Origin: Lama glama
Taxonomy: Eukaryota
NCBI GenBank assembly: GCA_028534125.1
Contig: CM052817.1
Location: forward strand, 57,662,001-57,726,000
DNA: 64,000 nucleotides
Reading direction: 5' to 3'
Part shown: positions 37,670-49,577 of the stretch, piece after piece
Layout: each line of letters opens with the position of its first letter
Position numbering within the stretch: position 1 is the stretch's first letter
The notes under the pieces: model-generated
Database searches by the model: none
What the model was told of the DNA's origin: nothing
What the model saw: the letters and a program-made list of their open reading frames with translations, nothing else
Program-made: the position numbers and the translations under genes

Positions 37670-38745
37670 TGTCTTTTTTGTTGGTAGTGATTTTCACTCT
37701 TTTTTTAAAAAATTATTTTTTATGTGTTGTGGATTGAATTGTGTCCCACCAAAAGATATGTTCAAGTCCTAAACCCTAGTATCTGCGAATGTGACCTTAT
37801 TTGGAAATACGGTCTTTGCAAATACTATCAAGTTAAAATGAGGTCATACTGGTTTAGGCTGGGCATTAATCCAATGACTGGTTTTTTTATACGAAGAGGA
37901 AAATTTGGACACAAACACACAAAGGAAGAATGCTATGTGACACAGAGGCAGAGGTTGGAGTGATGGCTCTACAAGTCAAGAAACAACAAGCAGTGCCAGC
38001 AACCATCAGAAACAAGGAAGAGGCAAGAAAATATCCTCTCCTAGAGACTTTAAGAAGAACATGGCCTGGCCAACTCCTTGATTTAAGACTTCTAGCCTTC
38101 AAGATCATGTCAGAATTGACTTCAGTTGCTTTAAGCCACACTATTCTGTTAGGATAGCCCTAGGAAACTAATACATTATGGTTCTAAGATTTCTCTAGGC
38201 TATGTTTAAGTATGACTCTTCTTTTTTGATCCTATTCCCTAAAAATCTTACATCTGATAATGTTCTTTAGTTAATTTCTTCTCTCCATTCTCTCTGTTCT
38301 CTCCTTCTGGAACACATTGACTCATGAAGGGAACCTATCATCACTGCACTGTTAGTCACTCCATATTCATGATCAGGAAAAGGGTCTGACTGCACAGTCT
38401 GTTTGAATCCTGCCTTTACTCAATGACCTTGATTATTCTAGAGGCCCTTCCTGTTTTGTGTTTGTATTTATTCTGAACATGGAATTTCTCTGAACAACAC
38501 AGGATAAACAGCTTTTTTCTGTGCAAAACCACATCTCTGCATATGTTCTGGCTGTGTTCCACTGTCTGATCCCACTGACTTTCTGTCTTCTAGGTCTTTT
38601 TCATAATTTCTGGCCTATTGTCAAAATCTATTCTTGTTTTACAGGTTTATACTTTGTAAATATACATCCTTATTGTTACATTAATAGATTGCCCACAGGA
38701 TAGGGAGTGAATGTGTGTGCTCAGTCTATCATTTTGAATTAGTCA
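37670..38745 (-). mobile_element. Old L1 (L1ME-like) ORF1/5' fragments, interrupted by MLT1C
   Basis: ctctccattctctctgttctctccttctggaac (antisense ORF1) and a 5'-end-like tgtgctcagtctatcattttgaa. Confidence 0.5.
37725..38175 (+). mobile_element. MaLR solo LTR (MLT1C-like) with 5-bp TSD
   Basis: TG...CA ends, perfect TTATG at 37720-37724 and 38176-38180, and gaatgtgaccttatttggaaat, gccctaggaaactaataca. Confidence 0.92.
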
Positions 38746-39614
38746 ACTGATAGTTTTTAATCTATTTATTTACCCAAGTTTGTATGTTTTCCCATCAGGC
38801 CTTTCAAACCATATTGGTATTCAAAGCTCTTCTGTAATTTTGTTTTTACTTTGTCTAGGATCCAGGCATAATTCATGGCTGTCTCTGAAAATAAGATATT
38901 TTTCTCTCCATGAGAGAATTATTGTTTTTATGCAAGCTGAAATTTTAATAATCTCATTTATATCATAGAGCTTATATGGTATTGGATAATATCCTCTAGT
39001 AAGAAAAATCCCTAAATATACTTTATTATGCCTAGGTTTAAATTTATTTATGTTCCAAACTAGTCATGCATATCCATGTAAGCCCCTAAATTTGGGAGAA
39101 GGCTAACTTGTCTTCTTAATGAAACTGCCAATTTAGATTTTTTTTCAAATGCCACATTAGTCCAGTTAGATTTTCTGGTTCATAGAAACACACACACACA
39201 AAATGTACAATGACAATACTTGCAATATTATTCCCTAAGGCAAATTTAGTGCTAGAGAGTCTCAATTTGTACTAATGCAAGCAGATAATTTTAAGTATGT
39301 GTGGCACAAAATGTCCAATTAATGACCTGCTTAATTATCAGAAATCAATTAAAACAACTGTAAAATGAACACAAGACTAAAGATTTCCAAAGTGAAAAGA
39401 AGCAGATAAAATACAACATTAATTGAGAAGGTTCTGCCTTTCATTTTTATTTCATTCTGTTTGATTTCTTTAAGGAAACCTGTTTTTCAGGGATTTTCAA
39501 TATATTAACTCTAGAGCTTCATATTTCTTAACCTTCAGTAGCAGGGCCTCAGAAAGGGTGGAATTGATGCATTTGCAGTGTGACAATAAATTTTTTTCTT
39601 TTTCTTTTCCCTTG

Positions 39615-39728
39615 GTATTATTTTACATTTTGCAGTATTTCCATCACTCAGAAAGGTACAGAGAATAATAAAAAGATACTACACCTATGTACCTACCACC
39701 CACATTCAATAAATGTTAATATTCTGGC
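39615..39728 (-). mobile_element. L1MC-type 3' end fragment
   Basis: cagaaaggtacagagaataata...tgtacctaccacccacattcaataaatgttaatattctgg. Confidence 0.6.
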
Positions 39729-40128
39729 TTTTTTTTTAAACATTTTTTATTGAGTTATAGTCATTTTACAATGTTGTGTCAAATGTATGTATGTGACAAT
39801 GAATGTATGTATGTTCATGTATAACTGAAAAATTGTGCTCTACACAAATTTGTGGGGAGGTTTTCTATTGCTAATTCGACTTCATTCCTAGTGATCGGTT
39901 TGTTCGAGTGGTCAGTTTCTTCTTGTTTCAGTCTTGGTGGACTGTATGTTTCCAGAAACTTGTCCGTCTCCTCTAGGTTATCCAGTTTGGTTCCATATAG
40001 TTTTTCATAATATTCCCGTATGATATTCTGTATTTCTATGTTATTTGTTGTAATTTCTCCATTTTTCTTTCTTATTTTGCTTATTTGTGCTCTCTTTATT
40101 CTTTGTGAGTTTAGCCAGAGGTTTGTCA
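39729..40128 (-). mobile_element. Rearranged young L1: tail (-), inverted 3' UTR piece (+) and ORF2 piece (-)
   Basis: Direct comparison with the intact tail at ~37525-37640, plus ORF2 peptide NGEITTNNIEIQNIIREYYEKLYGTKLDNLEETDKFLETYSPPRLKQEE. Confidence 0.92.
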
Positions 40129-40129
40129 C

Positions 40130-42355
40130 TAAAAAAGACAAGTTATTTTTAAAGGAGCAAAAATGAAATTGGCAATTGTCTACTAATGAACAACATTGTA
40201 TGGGAGAATAAAATGAAGCAATGTCTTCAAACTATCAAAAAGATATAGTTTGAAGCTAAAATACTATACCCAAAAGAACTATTATTCAAAATGAGGACAA
40301 AATAGTTTTTTCAGTCATGTAAGTCTTCTAAAAGTTAGCCCTTTGGGGACAAATTGCTGTTGTTTGGTGGACCCAACCACTATTCTTATCCTTTTTTCCC
40401 ATTGACTTGTAATAGCCAATGTGTGCCAGCCGCATTATACATTTCTGGCTAATAATAAGTGAAAAATTTTCATTGAGTACTCGGGAAAATTTTTTTTTTA
40501 TTTCTTAATGCAAATTCTACTCTTTTCCTTTGCTCATCTTTCCTACTAGAAGGCTTACATGAAAACTGTGGCAGTAGCTATTCTGTTACTATCAGGAAAA
40601 GTAAATTGCAGAAATGTTGGACTAATATTACATAGCCCTACCAGCATCTTGTAGTTATAAGACACACATAAATTCCTGTTTGTCTAAGCTATTGTTATAT
40701 GTATATCTTACTTGCAGATAGGCCATTTCTAATTAATACATTTACTATTAGAGCCTTTGAAATGATTATTTCAACATTTATTCCAGCAAAAGGAAAAGAG
40801 AATCTAAGAGAAAATAAGGTGGAAGACAAAAACAGTGATGATCAGAGAAATCAGTAAATTTATAGTTAAATCTATACAAATATTGATGGAATTATGAACA
40901 AATTATTATCATGTTAAAATTTAAGTCCAAGAATCTTTCAGGTGATAATTTAGGAGAGTAGTAAAGTGTAAATGGGATGATGCTTTTGATGTATTTGGAT
41001 GTATAATTTTACCTATGTAGAATTAAACATAAAATTAAGATGGTCACAACAAGAATAAAAAATAGATTAACTTCTAAACCAAGAAACACAATCAAGGAAA
41101 CATAATTATTTCAAAAAAACTGTAGTAAAAGTAAGAGAGAAAGAACAAAACATATGGTGAATGAAAAAACATAATATAAACTGCTTAAACAATTCTAAAC
41201 TTGTCTCTTCCCATAATAAAAATTCCATAAATTACTCTATCAATAAAAGAGAGCTAGTCACATTTTGGACTGAATGAAAAATACAACCACAAGCTGTTTG
41301 CAGGAGGCATACCTAATAAAAAGTGAATTAAAAGGCCAAAAACAACAAGGTGAAAATAGGAATTTCAGATGATTGGCAATAAGAACACAAGTAGTAAAAT
41401 AAATAATGTACAAAAAATGTATAACAGCCATACATTTTTGACATAAAAAATATAACAAGACAAATTAAGCAAAATCTAATAGAAAAAGTTAATTTAATAA
41501 ATTCTCAATTGTAATGGAAGACATAAACATATTTTTCTCAGAAATAAACAGATTAAAGTTACAAAAATAAATTAGAAAGTAAAAGATTGTGTAAAGCAAT
41601 CATAAAGCTTTATTTATTGTTATATATTAAAAGTACATATTGTTGTATATATATCCTTTAAAGCACCCAAGGGATCTTTATAAAAGTTGACTGTACATTA
41701 AGTCACTAAGAGATTATTCAAAGTAGAAATTATATCAGTGTTTTCTCTATATATAATATATTAAACTAAAATTTTAAAATTGAGAACAGTTAAAACTAAA
41801 ATTAAAACTTGTCCACATTAGCATCAAAATTTAACAGAATATGTGCAATATGTACAGAAACTGTAAAACATTTTTTAGAAAATGGAAGCCTGAAATAAAT
41901 GAAAAGATAGACCATGTTCATGGATCAGAAGACTCAATATTGTTAAGATATAAATTCTAGCCAAAAATACATTTGCTAATAAAAACATTTAACATCAAAT
42001 GAGTCAAGCATTTCAGAGAATATATTAAACTCACATAATATAATAAGAAAAAATTAATATACAGAAAAACTTAACAAACTAAAACAAAAAATGGTGTAAT
42101 CAATAAAAACCAATGCTGGTTAGTTTAAAGATGAAGAAAGTAGACAATCATTGGATAACATTATAAAGAAAAAAAGAAAAATATGTCAAATTTTGGGAAT
42201 AAACTATTTACCTCACAGAGCTATTGATAAATTTGTATTTTTAATACAAAGAAATTTACATACAATTTTTAGTGTTTAGTTTGAGAATCTAAATGAAGTA
42301 GATAAATTTTAAGGAAAATATAAAGTATCAGTATGACTCAGGAGGTAGAAAACCC
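40130..42355 (+). mobile_element. Highly decayed old L1 (L1ME-like), ORF1 end to ORF2, interrupted by an MLT1 LTR
   Basis: A-rich; aatactatacccaaaagaactattattc (ORF1), gctgtttgcaggaggcatacct (endonuclease start) and ttgagaatctaaatgaagtagataaattt. Confidence 0.7.
40344..40740 (+). mobile_element. Old MaLR LTR (MLT1J/I-like)
   Basis: 3' end tgtctaagctattgtt...ttacttgcag...ctaattaataca. Confidence 0.6.
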
Positions 42356-42394
42356 TACAATTGTATGAATTAAGTATTATCACTATTATTATAA

Positions 42395-42535
42395 AAATAT
42401 TATAATATCAATATTATTTCTGTTTTAGAAATTAGTATCCTAAGACACAGAGAGGTTACGTTTCTTGCTTAGGTAACGCAGCTGCTAAAAAGTAGAAATC
42501 TGTACAAAATCCATGATATTGAGCACTATATTATG
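42395..42535 (-). mobile_element. MIR SINE fragment
   Basis: ctaagacacagagaggttacgtttcttgcttaggtaacgcagctgctaa. Confidence 0.6.
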
Positions 42536-42604
42536 CTATTTAAATAAAATATGGTTTCATTTCTTCCATAAATAAGATTTTGTGCTATAATTTAAGAAAT
42601 ATCC

Positions 42605-43352
42605 CTGCAGGTTATGCAGAAAGAGAACCCTCCTACACTGTTGGTGGGAATGTAAATTGGTGCAGCCACTATGAAGAACAGTATGGAGATTCCTCAAAAA
42701 ACTAAATTTAGAGTTACCACATGATCCAGCAATCCCATTCCTGGGCACATATCCAGAAAAAATGAAAACTCTAATTCAAGAAGATACATGCACCCCAATG
42801 TTCATAGCAGCACTGTTGACAATAGCCAAGACATAAAAGCAACCTAAATGTCCATTGACAGATGAATAGATAAGATATGGTATACATATGCAATGGAATA
42901 TAACTCAGTCATTAAAAGGATGAAATAATGCCATTTGCAGCAACATGGATGGACCTTGATAGAGATTATCATACTAACATAAAGTTAAGTCAGAGAAAGA
43001 CAAATATCATATGATATCACTTATATGTGGAATCTAAAAAAAGATACAAATGAACTAATTTGAAAAACAGAATCAGACTCACAAAGAAAACAAACTTATG
43101 ATCACCAAAAGGGAAAGGGGGGTTAGGATAAATTAGAAATTTAGGATTAACAGATACACACTAGTATATATAAAATAGATAAACAACAGGGACCTACCGC
43201 ATAGCACAGGGAAATATACTTAGTATCTTGTAATACCTATAATGGAGCAGAATCTGAAAAATATATATGTATAAGTATAACTGAATCACTTTGCCATACA
43301 CCTGGAACATTGTAAATCAATTATACTTCAATTAAAAAAGAAAAGAAAAAAA
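42605..43352 (+). mobile_element. 5'-truncated cetartiodactyl-type L1 3' end
   Basis: aaccctcctacactgttggtgggaatgtaaattggtgcagccactatg ... tgtaaatcaattatacttcaattaaaaaag. Confidence 0.95.
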
Positions 43353-43424
43353 TTTGATTTATTCAAGTGTATCTGTCATATTATGACCCACTTACTTCTA
43401 ACCATCCCAGAAATTGTTAAAGAT

Positions 43425-43720
43425 AATTTATTCACCAATTCAATAAGCATTTATTAAACATTATTCACCTACCAGGCAAAATGGATATCGTTGTCCTTAG
43501 GACCTCTCTGACTAAAGAGAGTTAATTTATATTGAGTTAATATATCTTAATACTTTAATACTGAAGTGTAGTAAAAATAGCAATAATGATGTGCAAAATA
43601 ACAATAAAGCTAGTAGTACTGTACAAAGTTCAGTAAGTGGACAAAGAAAGGAATGACTGACTATGTGTGGAAATCAGGAAACAGCCATAACCTTCTGAGA
43701 ATCTCCTGAGTTTTAGGAAA
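43425..43720 (-). mobile_element. L2 3' fragment
   Basis: ttattcaccaattcaataagcatttattaaaca...ccaggca. Confidence 0.55.
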
Positions 43721-43899
43721 AATAATACAGTGATGGTAAAAAACTGATCAAAAACCCTGAACATATCTACAAATTGTAAAGTATACCATAATATTCCTCA
43801 CAATGAGGGAAAGTTGCTGTTGATGAAAACTAGGAACTGGAAATTGTCATTTCCTTCAATTCGTTGTTAGAACTAATTTGTGGAGACTGGCCTGTCCAC

Positions 43900-44080
43900 T
43901 GTTTACCTGAAGGCACTTTACGTATGTTAATGCATTTGTCTCCACAATATTGTTATGATGTAAACATTTTTACCCATTTTACAGGTGAAGTAACTGAGGC
44001 CCAGAGGCACTAATTACCTTTCTCTAAAGGCTATAACTATAGCACACAGAAGGGCTAGAACTAAACTCCAAGCTCTTGTG
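43900..44080 (-). mobile_element. MIR SINE
   Basis: cccattttacaggtgaagtaactgaggcccagagg. Confidence 0.8.
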
Positions 44081-45791
44081 TCTGTGGGAGGATAGTGATG
44101 GGAGCAGTGCAGGCCAGTGATGTTGCTCTAGGTCGATGACCCTGGAGAAGGTTGTGAGGATTGTGGGAAGGCAGCTCCTGTAGAGTGGCCATCAGACTGG
44201 ACCCAATGGAATATGGTGAACATATGGTAGAAAAGTCCAAGTGGAAGTTACAGATCTGTGGTATAAAAAGGTAGAAATAGGATGTTGCTCTTCCAAAGTG
44301 CACATTGTCTGTGAAAAAGGATTTGAGCCTTGAATAAGGGATTTGATATGTGAAAGAGAAAGCTGCAGGGAAGGCAGTAAATGGCAGAGAACGGTGACTG
44401 GGAAGGTGCAGAAGACTAGCTCAGCAGACATCGATACTTTGCCTGATGTTTGTGTCATTTCCCTCCACCTGGGTGGCGACAAAGCAATGCTGTATCTAAA
44501 GAAACTTTGTCATGTTCAGCTGTGAGTGTAGGCAGCTCTGCTAGGAACCAGACTTTATTATAAAGGCAGTATTTTTCCAGGAGCTGTGGCTGCTTGGGAA
44601 CATTATACTAAGCCAGGAGTTTTTAAGCGTTGCAGGTCATCAGGGTGTTCTGAGGGGGGAATTCCTGTAGGACAGGGGAAAGGAGGCAGGGGACAGGGTG
44701 AGAAGGGCTGACAGACAGGTCAGTGGGGTTTCCCTTTCCATTATGCGTCTTGGTACATCAGCAGATCATTTGGTCAGAAATAAAGGTTGCTTGGAACATC
44801 ATTTAATTTAGATGGAAGTCCTATAAGCAAAGGGAGGATTCCTGTCTCTAGGGGACCTAGAGTCTTGGTTTAAAAATACCTCTGCTCTGAGATCAGATTT
44901 AAAATATTAATAAACCCATTTCTCCTGAGATCTTTTTTATCTCCTATTATAAAACCTAATTTTCTTAATTTTTTACTTCTTTCAGACAAAAACCAGCTAC
45001 AATGATGAGGCAAGAAAAGTTTGGTTTGGGCTCTTCTTTTTTCAAATTCATGTGATTTTCTTTCTCAGACCCACTGCCCCAAGTGCCTAGAACACTCATG
45101 CTGTCCCTCCCAGCTACTACCTAGCCTCCTGTCTTCTCACCTGCTTGTGTTCAGTCCCTTACTAATCCCGCTGGGGAAACCCTTACCTGTGCTGGAGGAG
45201 GATAGGGTGAATGTGTTATACCTAGCAGGGCTGTTTTGCATTCTAACTAAAGATCCCTGATGCTGGTGCCTGAAATCCTTATGATGTGCAAATGATGTGC
45301 AAATCAATCTTTAAAAGTGGAGTTTCAGGTACCTAGGTAAGCTATGGCAAGAGATTTGTAAAGCTGAAAATTTTTTTTCTTGTGTGATTTTTTTAATCTA
45401 CAAAAACTGAAATAGACCAGAATTTCTTTACAGGCCCTATGAGAACTAACACTATTTCGATCTGCATTATGGAGTATTGGGAAGATGCATTCCCTCCAGA
45501 TGCACCAGTAAATTCTGATACAAAGGATTACTGCAACGCTGCACACTTCATCTGTGCACGAGGCGAGCTCTAGCAACTGCTATCAGATACATAAAGAAAA
45601 TAATGCCAACAACTAATTTTACCACCCTCTACCTCCAGGTCAAAAAAGCCATATGATCTGCCATTACAGAGTTTTCAGGAGAGACATGAGAACACAATTC
45701 AGTAGACTGCATAGCTTTCCTTCATTACATTGGAATAGCTTTTCTTTATTTTGGGAGGAAGTCCAGAAAGGTGATAGCTGTGACAACTCAC

Positions 45792-45812
45792 CCGGTAAAT
45801 TAAAATAGCCAT
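45792..45812 (-). other. Candidate 21-nt micro-exon (unverified)
   Basis: Minus strand: T14-GAAACAG | ATGGCTATTTTAATTTACCGG | GTGAGT; frame-preserving and in non-repeat DNA. Confidence 0.3.
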
Positions 45813-45819
45813 CTGTTTC

Positions 45820-45848
45820 AAAAAAAAAAAAAACTTTTTTTTTTTTTT
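45820..45848. repeat. A14-C-T14 inverted homopolymer
   Basis: A at 45820-45833, C at 45834, T at 45835-45848. Confidence 0.9.
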
Positions 45849-46244
45849 CAAAGGATCAGGCAGAAATACAATACAGTCAGGATTGATATTTTTAGTAATT
45901 GTCATTCTTATTGGAATAATTTCTTTCTGTCTCTCTTCAAAACACAGCACATTTCATTCTTTTTATTTTTTATAAGCACATACATCCTTATTGGACCTTT
46001 CATAAAACATGACACATTTCTATCCAACTGCCTCCCTTTTCCTTCTCAAACTTACCTCTGATGCTAGCAATTTAAAGATAATTCACTGATTGACATTCTT
46101 CTTACCAAAATGGTCATTTCTCAATGACAGATGGCATGTAGTCTAATATCAATTATTAATCGGAGAATTTTTTTCTTGTAACAAAAATAAGAGCAAACCA
46201 ACTAGTTACTGAGTTTCTACCATGTGTTCACATTTGGGTGACAA

Positions 46245-46445
46245 ATTATAAAATGAGAGAAACTAATCATTTCCAAGTGTCTACTGTGTCTTTAGCATTT
46301 AAAAATAAGTAACCTCACTTGCAGTTCAGAAAAGCTAAGCAAGCTTCCCAAAGTTATATGGATATGTAGCTTTGAAGTAATAGACTCAGGGTTCAACTTC
46401 AAATCCATATACTTTGAAGGCTGAGAAAACACCCAGCATAACGTA
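46245..46445 (-). mobile_element. MIR SINE (degenerate)
   Basis: cctcacttgcagttcagaaaagctaagcaagcttcccaaagttat...gggttcaacttcaaatcc. Confidence 0.45.
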
Positions 46446-46898
46446 TTGCCTGCAGGCATAGAGAGAGCTCTCAAAGTGCAGAAAGTCAGGGGCAAGACTT
46501 AAGAGCAAAGAGAATGCCTCCAATCCAAAACACCTCAGATGAATGAGTGAGACAAAGAGGATATCCCAAATGCTAATAATTCCATGACAGGAAATGTGGT
46601 GGAGCTTGCTTTCCTGGAAGCAGGGGGCAGAACAAGGATTTCCTACAGATTTGGATCCTGGGGGATGGAGATATGGAGAATTTTGTAGCTGGAAGAATGG
46701 TAGCCAGATGGTTTCAGTGTTGAGTATGATGTGCTGTGGACATTGAAGACAAGCCAGGAGCGAATAATACAGTCATCCAGAATTATCAGTAAGAGTGATT
46801 CTTTAGACAAGAAATAGAATGTTTATTTCCTACAGAAAGTTCCTTTGTATTCCTTTGTATTTGTTTTCTTCCCAAAGGCAATCACTTTCTAGTTTCTG

Positions 46899-46992
46899 TG
46901 TTAAGAACTGTGAGAAGTCTGTGATTTTACCTTTTGTGAAATCTAGTAAGTCTTCCTGCCACAGTTTCACAGATTCTGGCAGAAGACATGAG
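46899..46992 (-). mobile_element. ERVL LTR end fragment (MER74/MER54/LTR53-like group)
   Basis: tgttaagaactgtgagaagtctgtgattttacc...cctgccacagtttcacagattctggcagaagacatgag. Confidence 0.6.
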
Positions 46993-47133
46993 TTATAATA
47001 ATAGTGAAACAGTTTTGGATTCTAAGCAAAGAAGCTGTGAAGAATTGTTATAGCTGTTAAAGCCAGGTCAAGGATGAAACCTCATTAAGAGGTGGTGAAC
47101 ACATAATAGAAGCCTTCAATGAAATATGAATTG

Positions 47134-47431
47134 TATTATGGACAGAATATCCGTGTCCACCACCCCAAATTTATTTGTTGAAATCCTAACCCCTCAATGT
47201 GATGGTGTTAGGGTGTTGGGCCTTTGGGAGGTAACTGGGTCATGAGGGTGGAGCCCTCAAGAATGAGATTAGTGCCCTTGTAAGAAGAGACTTGAGAGCC
47301 TGCTTAGGCTCTCTACTTTCTGCCATGTGAGGGTGTATTGACAAATCAGTAGACTGCAACCCACAAGAAGGCCATCATCAGAACTCAGCAATGCTGGCAC
47401 CTGGATCTCAGACCTTAAGCCTACTAAGACA
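47134..47431 (+). mobile_element. MaLR LTR (MLT1A-like) with a 3' internal deletion
   Basis: gttgaaatcctaacccctcaatgtgatgg...gcctttgggaggtaa...catgagggtggagccctca...actaagaca. Confidence 0.88.
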
Positions 47432-48526
47432 GACTGGCTTCATGTTTATCAAATGACTTCCAAGATCCTAAGCTTTATTCTTTGATTGTAATTCTTATTT
47501 TGAACTACATTAATTTAAAAGGCAAGAGTCCAATTTAGCATATTACAAAATTAGAAAGACATATGTGAAATGATATTGTGGTTTTATATGGAAAGGTTTT
47601 CCATTTTACACATTAATATAAAAGTGGTCTGTAAGAGCGCAAGGTTGGCAGACCATGATGAGACAAGCTGAAGTGACTGTCATCTCAGACATGGCTGGTA
47701 GACCTTGAGGTCAGACTGATTCAACTGAGCGGATCTGTAACTGTGCTTAGAGAAAGGGCATCTTTTTCTTGACAACTGACTTTGCAATAGTTTTTCTCCA
47801 AGTTTGGATTATTTTCTTTCAAACGTGTTTTTTTAAAAAAGTAAATGTGATGTACAAAATGATAAGCTGCAAAGCCAAGGATAAGTCTATTTCTGAAAAT
47901 TAAGCATAGGTTTTGGATAAAAATGCTTTAAGATAGAGTGAAAGAGCTAGCCCCCAAGTTTATATTGGTTTATTCAACTCTCAGCACAGTTTTAATAGTT
48001 GAGACAAGACAAAGATTCTGTGTTTTTCGTATTAAGCTCAAGGCTTTTTTTGTTTGGTAAATACTGATCAACATAAAGTGCACTAAAACTGAGAGAACTT
48101 GTAGAAAACTTAGAGGATGGATAATTTTTACACTAAAAATAGAAGAATACTGGGTAGGAAGAGGGGATGTGGGCAGACTTGAAGCAACAGAGAAGTGAGT
48201 GGGCTGTATTTGTAGTGGTTAGGTTTGTACAGCTGATTAAGAGGCTACTTAAAAATTAAACTATTTTTAATATAATTCACCATCTTCCTGGATGTAATCA
48301 CTTCCCTCCGCTTTTTGAAATTTTCTCAAGAAACTAATCATGTTTCAAGTCAATTTCTGTCAGTTTGGTTCTTTTTGATCACAGAGAGACTACAGTGCCC
48401 AAATATGGGGGAGGAGGGCTATATGCACAAATTTGTCTTTACTTATTCATTTATTTATTGTATATTCCTGTAGTTTAATGATCAATTTTGCTATTTTCAC
48501 AGTACAAAATGGGTTTTTACCACCTT

Positions 48527-48655
48527 GGTAGAGAATGTCAATTGTCCTTTAAGCTAAGAGTGGTCTGGTGACACAGTCCTGACCAGTGATACATGAGTGC
48601 AAGTCAGTGGTCGGGGCTTTCAGGAAGCTTTTTAGAGGGATTGGATTTGGCTGGT
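48527..48655 (+). mobile_element. Old MLT1 LTR 5' fragment
   Basis: agctaagagtggtctggtgacacagtcctgaccagtgatacatgagtgcaagtc...ggggctttcaggaagctt. Confidence 0.5.
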
Positions 48656-49046
48656 TTGTTCAAATGGAATTATAATCAAAGAAATAATTTCATGATCAGA
48701 AATTAATTGCTGAAGGCCAGAAGGCCCTTCTTAAGAAAAAAAATCAGCATTAAAAATGAAAATCTAACAACAAGCTGGAAAGAAACAGAAAAGAGCTTGG
48801 GGGAAACATGCCAAGTGGCAGCACATACTAAGGCAGAGGGTAATCCATCAGACTTGAGGAAGTACATGGCAAAAACTTTTTCTTCTCAGAAATTCTTTCA
48901 GATGAAGATTGAATCTGTTTTTCTAATCTTATTCTAGTATTAGTTTTTGTGTGCTTTATACTGGCTCTCCCACTGAGGTTGGAATTTGCACAGCCCATTT
49001 CTTCTCAGAGTGTATCAGGGGAGTATCTCCTACCCTTCCCAAAGTT

Positions 49047-49060
49047 GTAGCCATGGCAAC
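49047..49060. promoter_or_regulatory. RFX X-box motif
   Basis: GTAGCCATGGCAAC, one mismatch from the optimal palindrome GTTGCCATGGCAAC. Confidence 0.5.
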
Positions 49061-49577
49061 AACTATATTCCAGTCTGAAATTCTGTTGAATAAACCTCTC
49101 TCCCTACTCAGCATTGCCAAAATAGCCGAGTCCTAGTGCTAGCATTTGACTTACAAATTCTTTCATCAGTTTGTGTGGTCACTTGTGTCTGGATGATTTT
49201 AGCCTCCTTATTCACAAAAGAGGTGATTGTATTAAGCAAAAGTTGGAAATAGCAATACATTTGTGCGACAATGATAAGATTGGAATTTCCCTACTGTGGC
49301 CTGAGCATCTTTGACAGAGCCAGTTCTGCTCTGAAAGTAACTTTGCACAAAGGGGACTGACTCCTTGTACTGCTACTCAGGGCCTCGGTGCCGGCCACCT
49401 GCATCTAGAGTTGTTTGTGAGGAGACACTGGGAGGAACAAACAAGCCATTTCTTTTATCTAATCTGTTGATACTAAGAGAACTACTGCTTCTTCCTGTTA
49501 GAACCTAACCTGTAATTTAAGATGAAATCAGGAGCTTTTGTTTTTTTTTCCATTTGCCAGCAAAGAAAGACCCCGAC

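Noticed and set aside
45281..45304. Short tandem duplications (also near 3038, 46841 and 57430)
   Set aside because: These are common 10-15-bp slippage events with no further structure.
46614..46632. CTCF-like GCAGGGGGCAG (similar partial matches near 8715 and 51325)
   Set aside because: Only part of the core matches and there is no upstream module.
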